64,000 nt of DNA from an uncultured Chloroflexia bacterium. GTDB lineage: Bacteria > Chloroflexota > Limnocylindria > Limnocylindrales > CSP1-4. Every line of letters begins with the position of its first letter. The stretch's first letter is position 1. Location of the stretch: contig CAVVJT010000007.1 of NCBI GenBank assembly GCA_963748625.1, positions 448,001 to 512,000 of the forward strand, given 5' to 3'. The notes under the pieces are model-generated. The model had not been told where the DNA came from, ran no database searches, and saw only the letters and a list, made by a program, of their open reading frames with translations. The translations under genes were made by a program, and so were the position numbers. Below, piece by piece: positions 9,007 through 20,034 of this stretch.

Positions 9007-11293
9007 GCGGACTGCTCCAGCAGAGGGCGGATCGCGGCGGCGACTCGCGCCGGGCCGGTGATGGGCGTTGTGTGCGAGGCCCCGTCGACGTCCGCGCGGC
9101 GGGCGCCGGGGATCCGGGCGGCAAGGGTATCGGCAAGCGGCGCATAGAACGGTTCGCTCGCGGTGCCGGTGAGGATGGTGACGGGGGCCGCGATCCGGCG
9201 CAGGCCGTCGGGGTCGAGGCCGGTCTGGGCGACGTCGGCGAGGGCGCCGTCACCCTCACGAGCGAGGAAGGTCTGCGGCACGCTCGGGCAGGCGGTCCCA
9301 GGCTGCGTCCCCGGCGACGATGCGCAGGAACGTCTCCGCGGCGGCAGGCGCGCCGCCGTCGCGATGGGCGGTGGCGGTCGCCTCGGCCGCGCGCAGGAAC
9401 CAGGCATGCCACTCGCCCTCGGCGAGCGGACCGTACGGCGGCTCGTACGCGGCGACGGCGATCACGCGCTCGGGACGTCGGGCTGCCAGCTCCAGGGCGA
9501 CCACACCGCCGAAGGAGACGCCGACCACGGCCGCCCGCTCGATCCCGCGCGCGTCCAGGTACGCGGTGAGGTCCTCGATGTGGGTGGCCACCTCGATCGG
9601 GCGCGGGCGCAGGATGCGGCTCGTCCCGGACCCGCGGCGGTCGATCGCGTGCACGGTGATATCACCGGGTCCCGCGAGCGCCGCCGCCAGGCGGTCGAGC
9701 TGGGCCGCCGTGGAGAGCGTGCCGTGCAGGAGCAGGACTGCCAGCGGCCCCGATCCGGTCACGCGCCAGCCGATGGCCTCGCCGCCGGGGCGGGCGAGCT
9801 CACCCGACCGCTCGCCCGCGAGCAGCGCGCGCACCGCGTCACGGCGCAGCTTGCCCCCCGTCGTGCGGGGCAGCGCATCCAGCATCGTGAGGTTGACCGG
9901 CACCTTGAAGCCGGCGAGGGACGCGCGCGCATGCACCTCGATCGCCTCGGACCCCGGGTCGGCGTGCCCGTCGCGCAGGACGAGCGCCGCGACGGGGACG
10001 GCGCCCCAGACGTCGTCCGGGCAGCCGATCACGCACGCCTCGGCGACGTCGGGGTGGGCCTCGAGCACCTGCTCCACCTCGGCGGGGGCGATGTTCTCGC
10101 CGCCCCGCACGATCCTGTCCGTCCGGCGGTCCACGATGACCAGGCGGCCGTCGCCGTCCAGCCTGCCGAGGTCGCCGGTCCGCAGCGGCTCGTCGGGGCC
10201 CGCCACCGGCCCCCCGATGTACCCCGAGCATCGGGAGGGACCGCGCACCACGATCTCGCCCACGCCGTCCGGTCCGGCATCCTCGATCGTGATGGCAACC
10301 CCGGGGAGCGGCCGCCCTGCCGTCGCGGGCGCTTCCGCGTCGGCCGCCGCCTCCGCCGAAGGCAATGCCGTGACCCCGGAACCCATCTCCGACAGGCCGT
10401 ACGTGGGCACCACCGGCCAGCCTGCACGGAGCGCGCGACGGACCAGCCCGACCGGGATCGCGCCGCCGCCCAACGGCACCGCACGCAACGACGACGGCGG
10501 CGCGGCATCGCCCGACGCATCGAGCACCCGGCGGAGCTGCGAGGGCACCAGCGATACGTGGCTGGGGGCCGGCACCAGACCTGCGTCCCCCAGCGCCGCG
10601 AGCAGCGCTGCAGGGTCGCCTGGCGCGACCACCGTGACCGGGACCCGGGCGGCGATCGCCCGCCAGACGATGCCCAGGCCCGCGACGTGCGCCACACCGA
10701 GCGGCAGGATCCACCCGGTCGCGGGCGGGAGGACGGCGGCCCAGGCATCCGCCGACGCCGCGAGCGCGCGGTGGGACAGCACGACGCCCTTCGGCCGGCC
10801 CGTCGTCCCTGACGTGAGGATGACCACCGCGGGGGCCTCAGGGTCGGGAGCCTCCACCACCGGGCGTCAACCCCACTGGCCGCCGGCCGGCCAGATCCGC
10901 GACCCGCAGCACCAGGGCCGGCTGCAACGCGTCCACCGCCGCGGTCCGCTCGCGATCGGTGAGGCCGGACGGGATCGGGCAGGCGACGGCACCCGCCCGC
11001 AGCACGCCCAGGATCGCCGGGAGCATGTCGGGGACCTGGTCCGCCAGCAGCGCGACCCGCTCTCCGGGTCCCACGCCGGCGCCGGCGACCATCTCCGCCA
11101 CGGTGGCGACCATGGCGTCCAGGCCGGCCCAGGTCACGATCCCGTCGTCGTGGACCAGGGCTGGCACATCGGGAACGGCGTGCGCGTGCTCCGCGAGCAG
11201 GCGCTCCGCAAGCCAGGGTGTGCCGGCGTGCGGCCCGACGTGCCCGCGGCGTGCGGGGCCGGCCTGCGCGGGCCCGGGGCCGGTCGCCGTCAT
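9003..11293 (-). CDS. menE: O-succinylbenzoate-CoA ligase MenE fused to a C-terminal alpha/beta hydrolase (frameshifts near 10860 and 9290)
   Basis: TSGTTGRPKG, YGLSE, TGDLG and PRTTGGK AMP-ligase motifs continue in the same frame into LLLHGTL, AIDRRGSG and GVSFGG. The His region DGASH is in ORF 9003..9407. Confidence 0.85.
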
Positions 11294-12372
11294 GCGTCGC
11301 GCACCCGGTACCGCTCCACGGCCGTCTCGTCCACCGCAATTCCGAGGGCCGTGGAACCCTCGCCGCCGGGCGCCCGCATCCGGCCATCCTCGATCACCAG
11401 CGGCTCGGTGAGCAGGTCATCCTCCAGCAGGTCCACGGTCACAAGGCCGTGGTCGCGGTCCGCTGCGGGCCACCCGGGCAGGTCCGAGAACTGGGTCACC
11501 CACGACGCGCACGCCAGGGCCGCGGCAAGCCCGATGCCGGTTTCGAACAGCGACGACACCACCACCGGGATGCCGCGCGGCGTCGCCATCGACTCGATCC
11601 GCGCGACGGCCATCGTGCCGCCGACACGGGCGGGCTTCACCACCAGGACGTCGGCAGCGTCGTGGTCGAGCAGCAGGTGGGCGGCCTCGACCGAGGCGAC
11701 GGCCTCGTCGGCCGCGACCGGCACCCCCACCCGGCGGCGCAGGCTGATGAGGCCCTCGATGTCCGGCGCGGCGAGCGGCTGCTCCACGTACTGCAGATCG
11801 AAGTCGTCCAGCGCGGTGAGGACCTCCACCGCGGTCGGCAGGTCCCAGGTCCCGTTGGCGTCCAGGCGCAGGGCGATCGCGTCGCCGACGGCGGCCCGGA
11901 CGGCGGCCACCCGTGCGACGAGGTCCGCCACCGGCTCCTCGGGACGCCGCCTTGAGCTTGATGGTCCGGAAGCCTGCCGCCACGCGACCGGCGGCCTCTT
12001 CGGCAGCGTGCTCGCGGTCCAGCGCGGCGACCAGCGCGTTCACGCCGATTCCCCGGGCACCCGGGCGAGCGTCGGCGCCCTGCCTGGTGGCGGCCCCCGC
12101 GAGGGCGGCGAGCAGGGCGCGCCCTGCCGCACCCTCGGCCTCGAGGGACGCCGGTGCTGGGCACGTCCGGTGCTCAGCCGCACGCGGGCGACGAGCCGCT
12201 CGAGGGCCGGTGCCGCGGCCAGGTCCTCCAGGACGGCCTCGCCCCAGCCGATGACCCCGTCGTCGGAGGTGACCTTGACCAGCCACGAGTCGCGCGCCGT
12301 CCACGTTCTTGCGGCGTTCGTGAACGGCGCGCGGAACGGGACGCGGACGCGGGTGATCTCCATGGACGGCAT
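11290..12372 (-). CDS. menC: O-succinylbenzoate synthase MenC (frameshifted)
   Basis: Pieces across frames: GVIGWGEA, GFRTIKLK, LRLDANG, YVEQP, AADE, VVKP, VVSSLFET. Confidence 0.85.
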
Positions 12373-13359
12373 CAGGACGGACCTCCACCGATGGCGCCCG
12401 CGAGCGCGAGCCCGAGGGCGAACAGGAGCCCGTGCCAGAGCGAGAGCCGGGCGGTTCCCTTGAGGACGAGATTGAGCTCCCGGCGCTCGCCAAACCCGAA
12501 GACCTTCACGAGCAGCGGGCGCGCGAGCGGCAGGGTGAGCAGGGGGAGCACGACACCGATGTCGCCGAGGTCCCCGGATCCACCCGACGGCGTGCCGGCA
12601 ATCCACCACCAGAATGGGAGCAGCGTGGGCACCGCGTACGCGACCCCGAGGAGCAGCGCGTACTCGGCCTGGGTCGCACGCTCCCCGATCACGACGCGCC
12701 AGCGTGCGCTTGCCGGCCTCGGTGTCGGTGGGGATGTCGCGCAGGTTGTTGACGACGAGGATCGCCGTGATCAGCGCCCCCGGCGGCACGGCGGCCGCCA
12801 GGTACAGCGGCTCCAGCGTCAGCGTCTGCAGGTAGGCGGTCCCGGCCACCGCGACCAGGCCGAAGAAGATGAAGACGAAGACCTCGCCCAGTGCCTTGTA
12901 GCCGTACGGGAACGGCCCGCCGGTGTAGGCGATCGCCGCCACCACGGCCAGCACGCCCAGCAGCAGCAGCACCCACCCGCCGACGGCGACGAGGTACAGC
13001 CCCACGACCCCGGCCAGGCCGATGACGATCGCCATCGCGATCTCCAACTGGCGCTCGGTCACGAGCCCGGCCGCCGCGACCCGGAGTGGCCCCTGGCGGG
13101 CCTCGGTGTCCGCCCCGCGCCGGAAGTCGGACAGGTCGTTGGAGAAGTTGGCCAGGATCTGCAGCAGGAGCGCGACGGCGAGGCAGGCGAGCGCGGTGTC
13201 GAGCCGCAGGGGCGCACCGGTCGCCATCGCGGCACCCAGGCCGACCACCACGCCCGCGGCGGCGGCGGGCAGCGTGTTCGGCCGGGCCGCGCGGACCCAG
13301 ATCGAGAGGGCCGACGGCCGGGTGGGCGGCAAGGACGGGGCCGGAGCGGCGGACGTCAT
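12372..13359 (-). CDS. menA: DHNA polyprenyltransferase MenA (frameshift near 12695)
   Basis: AARPNTLPAA, ANFSNDLSDFRRGAD, YTGGPFPYGY, VVNNLRDIPTD. Confidence 0.92.
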
Positions 13360-14189
13360 CAGGGGCGCCGCGGATAGGTGCGGTAGGCGGGCTTGCGCTT
13401 GGCGAGGAACGCCTTCGACCCCTCGTGGGCCTCATCGGTCGTGTAGTAGAGGCCCGTCGCGTTGCCCGCGAACTCCTGGAGACCGGCGAGCCCGTCGGTG
13501 GCGACCAGGAACGCGGACTTGAGGAACCGGATCGCCGTGGGGCTCATGTCGAGGATCTCGTCGGCCCACTGGACGCCTTCGGCCTCGAGGTCCCCGAGCG
13601 GGACGACCTTGTTCACGAGGTTCATCGCCAGCGCCTCCTCGGCGTTGTACTGGCGGCACAGGAACCAGATCTCCTTGGCCTTCTTGTCCCCCACCAGCCG
13701 GGCCAGCAGGCCCACGCCGAAGCCGGCATCGAAGGAGCCCACCCGCGGGCCCACCTGGCCGAAGATCGCGTTGTCCGACGCGATCGACATGTCGCACACG
13801 ATGTGCAGCACGTGGCCGCCGCCGATGGCATAGCCGTTGACGAGCGCGATGACCGGGATCGGCAGGGAACGGATCTGGCGCTGGAGGTCGAGCACGTTGA
13901 GGCGCGCGACACCGTCGGTGTCGAGGTAGCCGCCCTCGGCGCTCTTGTACTTCTGGTCCCCGCCTGAGCAGAAGGCCTTGTCGCCCTCGCCGGTGAGCAG
14001 GACGCAGCCGATCCGCGCGTCATCGCGGATGCGCGCGAAGGCGTCGATGAGCTCGCGCACGGTCTGCGGCCGGAAGGCGTTGCGGACCTCCGGGCGGTTG
14101 ATGGTGACCTTGGCGATGCCGGTACCGGAGTGCTCGTACCGGATGTCCTTGTATTCGACGGCGGGGGTCCACGTCACGGGCGACGTCAT
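13359..14189 (-). CDS. menB: 1,4-dihydroxy-2-naphthoyl-CoA synthase
   Basis: [42 protein letters not shown]. Confidence 0.97.
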   Translation of the reverse strand: MTSPVTWTPAVEYKDIRYEHSGTGIAKVTINRPEVRNAFRPQTVRELIDAFARIRDDARIGCVLLTGEGDKAFCSGGDQKYKSAEGGYLDTDGVARLNVLDLQRQIRSLPIPVIALVNGYAIGGGHVLHIVCDMSIASDNAIFGQVGPRVGSFDAGFGVGLLARLVGDKKAKEIWFLCRQYNAEEALAMNLVNKVVPLGDLEAEGVQWADEILDMSPTAIRFLKSAFLVATDGLAGLQEFAGNATGLYYTTDEAHEGSKAFLAKRKPAYRTYPRRP

Positions 14190-14995
14190 GCGGCGCGATC
14201 CTCCTGCAGGAACGTTGAGACGAGGCGGGCGAAGGCCTCGGGCTGTTCGTCATGGGGGGTGTGGCCGGCGCCGTCGACGACCTCGAGGCGGGCACCGGGG
14301 ATGCCTGCGGCGACCTGTTCGGCGCGTGGCCGGCCGACGATGTCGAGCGCACCGGTGATGACCAGTGTCTGGGCGGTCACCTCGTCGAGTCGCGCCAGGA
14401 GCGGCTCCATGACGCCCTGGCCAGCGGCCCGGAGCGACGCTGCGAGCCCTGCCGGGTCATTGGCGAGGCGCATGGCGCGAATCCGCCGCGCGCGCTCGGG
14501 TGCCAGCGCTGCATGGCTGGCGAACACGGGGCTGGTCTCCCACTCGTCCACGAACGCGGTGATACCGCCCTGCTCGATCCGGGCTGCCAGCGCGTCGTCG
14601 GCACGCCGACGCGCGGCGCGGGCCCCCGGGTCCGCGATTCCGGCCGACGGGCTCTCGAGGACGAGGCGATCGACGACCTCCGGGTGGGCGACGGCCAGGC
14701 GCAGGGCGATCCGGGCGCCCAGGCTGTAGCCGAGGACATCCGCGGGCGCCGCCGCCAGTCGATCAAGGATCGCTGCCAGGTCGGCGGCCATCCGCTCGAC
14801 CGTCGCCAGGGCCGGATCGTCGAGATGGCTCCGCCCGTGGCCCGGCAGGTCCAGGACGATGCAACGACGTCCCGGCCCGAGCGTCCCGAGGTGCTCTGTC
14901 CAGGCGGCGGCGCTGCCCGTGAAACCGTGGATGAGGAGGAGGGGTGCACCCGTTCCCACCTCGGCCACGTTCCAGTCGATCCCGCCCACGAGCAT
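14186..14995 (-). CDS. menH: SHCHC synthase MenH
   Basis: [23 protein letters not shown]...RRRADDALA; located between menD and menB. Confidence 0.9.
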   Translation of the reverse strand: MLVGGIDWNVAEVGTGAPLLLIHGFTGSAAAWTEHLGTLGPGRRCIVLDLPGHGRSHLDDPALATVERMAADLAAILDRLAAAPADVLGYSLGARIALRLAVAHPEVVDRLVLESPSAGIADPGARAARRRADDALAARIEQGGITAFVDEWETSPVFASHAALAPERARRIRAMRLANDPAGLAASLRAAGQGVMEPLLARLDEVTAQTLVITGALDIVGRPRAEQVAAGIPGARLEVVDGAGHTPHDEQPEAFARLVSTFLQEDRAA

Positions 14996-16755
14996 CAGAA
15001 CGCCCTCCGTGCGGGCGCACGCGTCACGGCGTAGCCGACGTGCTTCGCCAGCGCCTGGTGGAGCAGCAGGTTCCGCGCCCGGTCGGTGCGCACCTCCAGC
15101 ACCTGGACGCCGGGCCGCGCGAGCGAGTCGGCCAGGGCGGCCTCGAGGTCGGCCATGCCGGCGACCAGGTGGTGCTCCCCGCCGAGCGCCTCCACGATCG
15201 GCGCGACGTCCACGCCGTGGGGCGTCCCGAACAGCTCCTCGTAGTGCTCGGGCAAGCCGGACCCCGCCGGGACATCGGCCTGGGCCTGCGGCAGGAACGA
15301 GAAGATCCCGCCGCCGTCGTTGTTGAGCAGCACGATCGTGGCCGAGAGGCCGTGCAGCTTCGCCGCGAGCAGTGCGTTGAGGTCGTGGAGGAAGCTCACG
15401 TCACCGATGACAAGCGCCACCGGCCCCGCGTTGACGGCAGCCGCGCCGAGCGCGCTCGACACGACGCCGTCGATGCCGTTGGCGCCCCGGTTCGAGCGGA
15501 CCGTGATCCGCTTGTCGGTCGCCGGGAACCAGGCATCGAGGTCGCGGACGGGCATGGAGCTGCCGGCCCACAGCACCGAGCCGTCCGGCAGCGCGCTGGC
15601 GAGGGCCGGGATCACGGCGCCCTCGAAGGGCTCGGTGACATCGGCCGCCCATGCCCTCATCGCCTTGACCACCGTCTTCTCGGCAGCCTGCCAGTCGCGG
15701 GTCCAGCCGAGCGTCCGCACGTTGGAGCCCAGCTTCACCGTGAGCGAGTGGGCGGTGGCCGCCGGGTCCGCCTGGACGAAGGTGGTGGGCAGGAGCGCGG
15801 CCTCACGCCAGCCGCCGTCGCCATCGAGGACGATCTGGGCGGGCCGCGTCCGCTCCAGCAGCTGCAGGATGGGCTTCGAGGTGGGCATGGCGCCGGTGCG
15901 GATGACGAGGTCGGGCGCGTGCCGGTCGATCCAGGTGCCAGGCCGGACGATCTGGTCGGCGCGCGTGACAACGCGCTTCTTGTCGTGGGGTCCGGCCCGC
16001 AGGCCCGAGAGCGGGTCGGCGAGGATCGGGTAGCCGGTGGCGCGGGCCAGGCCCACGAGCGCCTCGGGAAGCTCCGGATCGTCGTCCGGACCGGCGATGA
16101 TCAGGCCGCGGACCGTCCGCGCAAGGAGCGTGGCCAACTCGCCGAGGACCTCGTCGTCGAGCAGCGGGGTGCCCGGGATCACCGACACGAACGGCGGCTG
16201 GGGCGCGCCTGGTGCAAGGCTCCCGTCGGGGAGCAGCGGCTCGCGCAGGGGAACGTTGATGTGCACGGGGCCCGCGGGACCGGCGGCGGCCACGGCAACC
16301 GCGCGACCCGCCACCGAGCGGAGATGGGCCAGCGTCGCCGGGGCGCCGTCCATCAGTGGGAGCTCCGCGTACCACTTGGCGGCGCGCCCGTAGAGGAAGC
16401 GCTGGTCGATGGTCTGCGGCGCGCCGCGGTCCTGCAGCTCGGGTGGGCGATCCGCGGTGAGCACGACGAGCGGCACCCGCGAGAGCTGGGCCTCCACGAC
16501 GGCCGGCGCGAAGTTGACGACCGCGGTGCCCGACGTGGCCAGGAGCACCACCGGGCGGCCGCTGGTGCGCGCCATGCCCAGGGCGAAGAAGCCGGCCGCG
16601 CGCTCGTCGAGGAGGACGCGGACGGTCAGCTGGGGCGTGGTCTTGAGCGCCAGCGCGAGGGGGGTGGATCGGGAGCCCGGGCAGACGACCGCCTGCTCGA
16701 CCCCGGCCGCGACCAGCCCGTCGACGAAGGCCCGCAGGCCCGCAGCGTTGCTCAT
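14995..16755 (-). CDS. menD: SEPHCHC synthase MenD
   Basis: CPGSRSTPL, DERAAGF, TSGTA, NRGANGIDG and the ThDP motif GDVSFLHD...NNDGGGIF. Confidence 0.97.
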   Translation of the reverse strand: MSNAAGLRAFVDGLVAAGVEQAVVCPGSRSTPLALALKTTPQLTVRVLLDERAAGFFALGMARTSGRPVVLLATSGTAVVNFAPAVVEAQLSRVPLVVLTADRPPELQDRGAPQTIDQRFLYGRAAKWYAELPLMDGAPATLAHLRSVAGRAVAVAAAGPAGPVHINVPLREPLLPDGSLAPGAPQPPFVSVIPGTPLLDDEVLGELATLLARTVRGLIIAGPDDDPELPEALVGLARATGYPILADPLSGLRAGPHDKKRVVTRADQIVRPGTWIDRHAPDLVIRTGAMPTSKPILQLLERTRPAQIVLDGDGGWREAALLPTTFVQADPAATAHSLTVKLGSNVRTLGWTRDWQAAEKTVVKAMRAWAADVTEPFEGAVIPALASALPDGSVLWAGSSMPVRDLDAWFPATDKRITVRSNRGANGIDGVVSSALGAAAVNAGPVALVIGDVSFLHDLNALLAAKLHGLSATIVLLNNDGGGIFSFLPQAQADVPAGSGLPEHYEELFGTPHGVDVAPIVEALGGEHHLVAGMADLEAALADSLARPGVQVLEVRTDRARNLLLHQALAKHVGYAVTRAPARRAF

Positions 16756-16759
16756 CGCC

Positions 16760-18211
16760 TCACCCCTCGTCCTGGGGGATGCCCAGGGCCGACACCACCG
16801 CGCGCAGCTTGATCCGGGACTCCTCCCATTCCAGGTCGGGATCCGAGTCCGCCACGATGCCGCAGCCCGCGAACAGCGTGGCCCGCGTGCGATCCACGAT
16901 CCCGCAGCGCAGGGCGACGCACAGCTCGCCGTCGCCGTCGGCGCCCAGCCAGCCGATGGGGCTCGCGTACCAGCCGCGGTCGTAGCCTTCGTGCTCGTCG
17001 ATCATCGCAAGCGCCTGCTCCCGTGGTTCGCCGCCCACCGCGGGAGTGGGATGAAGACGCTCGCCCAGCGCGAGCAGGCCCTGGTCCTCGCGCGTGGTCC
17101 CCGAGATCTCGGTGACAAGGTGCTGCACGAAGCGCAGGGTCATGATCCCGGGCCGCGGTTCGACCTCCAACGTGTCGGCGACCGGCCGCAGCAGGCCGCG
17201 GATGGAGTCCACGACGATCGCGTGCTCCTCGCGGTCCTTCTCGGAGTCGAGGAGGGCCTGGGCGAGGAGCGCGTCCTCGGTGGCGTCCTGGCCCCGGCGG
17301 ATGGTGCCCGCAACGGCGACGGTCCGGAAGGTGCGTCCTTCGGTCCGCACGAGGCGCTCGGGCGTGGCGCCGAGGAAGGTCCGGCCGGAGCGGCGGAAGG
17401 CATACGTGGTGGACTCGGGGGCGCTCGCCGCCAGGCGCCGGAGGGCGTTGGGAACGTCCAGCTCCAGGGGCGAGCGCATGTCCACGCGGCGCGCCAGGAC
17501 CACCTTGTCGATGCGGCCCCGGCCAACGGCGCCCGCGTACATGCCCACGAGCCGCCGGAAGTGGTCCCGCGACGGGAGCTCCTCGGTGACCCGGAGCGGC
17601 GCGACCACCGGCATGGCGACGATGCCGCCGGGCGCCGGAGTGAGGGCGGCGGCACGTCCGGCGAGCTGTTCCCACAGGCGCTCCAGCTCCCGCGGCGAGC
17701 GAGCACCCGACACGGAGGCACCGGTCAGCTCGGTCTGGCCGTCCGCCACCTTGAGCATGAGCTCGGGCAGGACGAGTGAGCTGGCCCCGAACGGCCCCCA
17801 GGGGTCGTCGGCGGCGGGCCGGCGCCCGGTGAAGCCCATCGCGCCGAGCAGCGTTGGACCACCGGCGGCGCCCGGTGCGATGCCGATCCGGGCATCGGCC
17901 ACGAGCGCCCGCCAGGCGGCCTCGGCCTCGCGGAAGCGCGCCCCGCCCTCGGCTTCGACGGCCCACGCCCGCCCGATGCCGACCAGCGCCATCCCCTCCG
18001 ACGGGCGCAGCCAGAGGGCAGCCTCGAGGTCCGCCTCGACAGCAGCGGCGTAGAGGGCGATGGGATCGACCGCTGCGATCTCGACGGTTACCGCAAGCAG
18101 CGTGCCGTCGGGCGCATCGGGCAGTGCCCGCAGGCGCTCCGCGATGCCGGGATCCGTGTCCGGCAGGACGTGGGGCCGCGCGTGGGGCCGACCGCGGTCG
18201 ATTGCGGTCAC
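16760..18211 (-). CDS. menF: Isochorismate synthase MenF
   Basis: KVVLAR, GATPERL, KDREEH, LHPTPAVGG, GCGIVADSDP. Confidence 0.95.
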   Translation of the reverse strand: MTAIDRGRPHARPHVLPDTDPGIAERLRALPDAPDGTLLAVTVEIAAVDPIALYAAAVEADLEAALWLRPSEGMALVGIGRAWAVEAEGGARFREAEAAWRALVADARIGIAPGAAGGPTLLGAMGFTGRRPAADDPWGPFGASSLVLPELMLKVADGQTELTGASVSGARSPRELERLWEQLAGRAAALTPAPGGIVAMPVVAPLRVTEELPSRDHFRRLVGMYAGAVGRGRIDKVVLARRVDMRSPLELDVPNALRRLAASAPESTTYAFRRSGRTFLGATPERLVRTEGRTFRTVAVAGTIRRGQDATEDALLAQALLDSEKDREEHAIVVDSIRGLLRPVADTLEVEPRPGIMTLRFVQHLVTEISGTTREDQGLLALGERLHPTPAVGGEPREQALAMIDEHEGYDRGWYASPIGWLGADGDGELCVALRCGIVDRTRATLFAGCGIVADSDPDLEWEESRIKLRAVVSALGIPQDEG

Positions 18212-18870
18212 CGGGCTGCCTCCGGGAAGCTCCAGCCTTCGGACGGGGGCGGCACCTCGCCGATCCGCTCCGCCGGGACGCCTGCGCTGCGCAGGAGCGT
18301 GGCCCGCAGTGCCGGATAGGCATCCTCCAGGCGCGCCGGCTTGTCCGCGAGGAGCCAGCGCGCGACCACCTCGTTGATCGCGCCGAACCAGGCGATGCTC
18401 ACGATCCGCGTGTCCATCGGCGGTGCGGCCCCGGCAGCCACGGCCTCGTCGAGGTAGCCGGCGATCAGGACGGCGAAGCGCGCATGGAGCGCGTTGGTCT
18501 CAGCCTGGAACACGCGTCCGGCGCCCGCCGTGTCGAGGAACAGCAGGCGGGCCATGGTCCGGTGGCCCGCGAACGTGGTGAGGACCGTGTGGATGGCCGC
18601 CTCCGCCTTCGCGACGGGCTCGGTCTCGAGCGCGACGGCCTTCTCCACCCTCGCGACGAGCTTGTCGGCGGTGGTGGCCATCAGCTCGCGGAAGATGGCG
18701 TCCTTGCTGGGGAAGTGGAAGTAGATGCCACCCTTTGAGGTCTCGGCCGCCTCGGCGATGTCATCGACCGCGGTGTCCCGGTAGCCGCGCGTGGAGAACG
18801 TGGAGAATGCGGCGTCAAGGATCCGCTCGCGGCGGCTGCGGCTCTGCTCGGTGGCGTCGGGACGGGCCAT
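18208..18870 (-). CDS. TetR/AcrR family regulator heading the men operon
   Basis: ILDAAFSTFSTRGY...DDIAEAAETSKGGIYFHFPSK; 4-bp overlap with menF. Confidence 0.92.
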   Translation of the reverse strand: MARPDATEQSRSRRERILDAAFSTFSTRGYRDTAVDDIAEAAETSKGGIYFHFPSKDAIFRELMATTADKLVARVEKAVALETEPVAKAEAAIHTVLTTFAGHRTMARLLFLDTAGAGRVFQAETNALHARFAVLIAGYLDEAVAAGAAPPMDTRIVSIAWFGAINEVVARWLLADKPARLEDAYPALRATLLRSAGVPAERIGEVPPPSEGWSFPEAAR

Positions 18871-18900
18871 GGATCACGCCCTCTGCGGTTCGCTCCAGCA

Positions 18901-18922
18901 ACCGACTGACCAGTCGGTCGGT
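18901..18922. promoter_or_regulatory. Palindromic TetR operator candidate ACCGACTGACCAGTCGGTCGGT
   Basis: Perfect ACCGACTG-N2-CAGTCGGT (18901-18918) inside an imperfect 22-bp palindrome, just downstream of a minus-strand -10-like TAGCAT (18936-18931). Confidence 0.75.
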
Positions 18923-18978
18923 CGATGTGGATGCTAGCGCAAAGTCGCACGTAAGCGGTTGCTGCCACTGTCGGGGGT

Positions 18979-19686
18979 ATGGATCCTGTTCGACTCGGCC
19001 TTGCCGTCCGCGCTCTCCGCCGCCGCCGCGGCTGGACCCAGCTCCACCTCGCCGAGGAGGCCCGCCTATCGCAGGCCGCAGTCAGCCGCTGCGAGCGGGG
19101 CGAGGTGGACACGCTCACGCATCGGACGCTCCTCGACATCGCCGACGCGCTCGGAGCAAAGGTCACGGTGACGATCACGTGGCACGGCGAGGAGCTGGAC
19201 CGCCTGCTCGACGCCGCGCACGCTGACATCGTCGAGGCCGTTGTGCGCCTGCTGCGGGCGGCCGGATGGGAGGTGATCCCGGAAGCAACCTTCTCCGTGT
19301 ACGGCGAGCGCGGCTCGATCGACGTGCTCGCGTATCACCCTGGGACCGGCGCGCTGCTGGTGATCGAGGTCAAGTCGGTCGTGCCGGACATGCAGGCGAT
19401 GCTCTCGGCACTGGACCGCAAGGTCCGCCATGCGCCGTCGGTCGCCATGGCGCGCGGGTGGAAGGTCGCGAGCGTCTCGCGCGTGCTCGTGCTGCCAGAC
19501 GACCGGACCGCGCGGCGGCGGATCGAGACCCACGCGGCCACGATCGACCAGCTCATGCCGCTGCGGACGGCCGCGGTGCGGCGGTGGCTTGTCGATCCGG
19601 CTGCCTCGATCGGCGGCGTCCTGTTCCTGCCGATCGCCGGGCGTGCAGTTGGGCGCCACCGGATCGGCCGGTCGAGGCCTTCCTGA
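18979..19686 (+). CDS. XRE-family HTH protein with a C-terminal PD-(D/E)XK-like nuclease domain
   Basis: ALRRRRGWTQLHLAEEARLSQAAVSRCERG, then GSIDVLAY...LVIEVKS. Confidence 0.8.
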   Translation: MDPVRLGLAVRALRRRRGWTQLHLAEEARLSQAAVSRCERGEVDTLTHRTLLDIADALGAKVTVTITWHGEELDRLLDAAHADIVEAVVRLLRAAGWEVIPEATFSVYGERGSIDVLAYHPGTGALLVIEVKSVVPDMQAMLSALDRKVRHAPSVAMARGWKVASVSRVLVLPDDRTARRRIETHAATIDQLMPLRTAAVRRWLVDPAASIGGVLFLPIAGRAVGRHRIGRSRPS

Positions 19687-19725
19687 CCATCGCCAGCGGC
19701 CGCGTCGTCTCCAGCGGCTGCCAAA

Positions 19726-19876
19726 TAGTCAGAGGACGACTGTTCGTCAACGCGCTTGCTCCATCGAGCCCTTGAATCGCGCACCTGGACCCGGATTCGG
19801 CCCAATGCCACTGCCAAAACCGCGCCTGGCGCAGATTCTGTCAGCTTCGGCCTGACGAACAGTCGTCCTTTGTCTG
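19726..19876. repeat. Palindromic element bounded by a perfect 17-bp inverted repeat
   Basis: AGGACGACTGTTCGTCA (19733-19749) / TGACGAACAGTCGTCCT (19853-19869), extendable with G-T pairs; internal hairpins. Confidence 0.85.
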
Positions 19877-19910
19877 AGCGGCGGAAATCTGGCGTTGCGG
19901 CGGGCCGCGA

Positions 19911-19948
19911 CGGAACGGCCCTCGCGTGGCGGAACGGCCCTCGCGTGG
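19911..19948. repeat. Two tandem 19-bp repeats CGGAACGGCCCTCGCGTGG
   Basis: Exact duplication. Confidence 0.85.
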
Positions 19949-20034
19949 CGGCGGACCGCGGAGGGGCGTGACAATTCGCGCCGTGCTGGGCCACGCGGAC
20001 CGACCGGACACGCAGGCCCCCGCGATCCGGTCGA

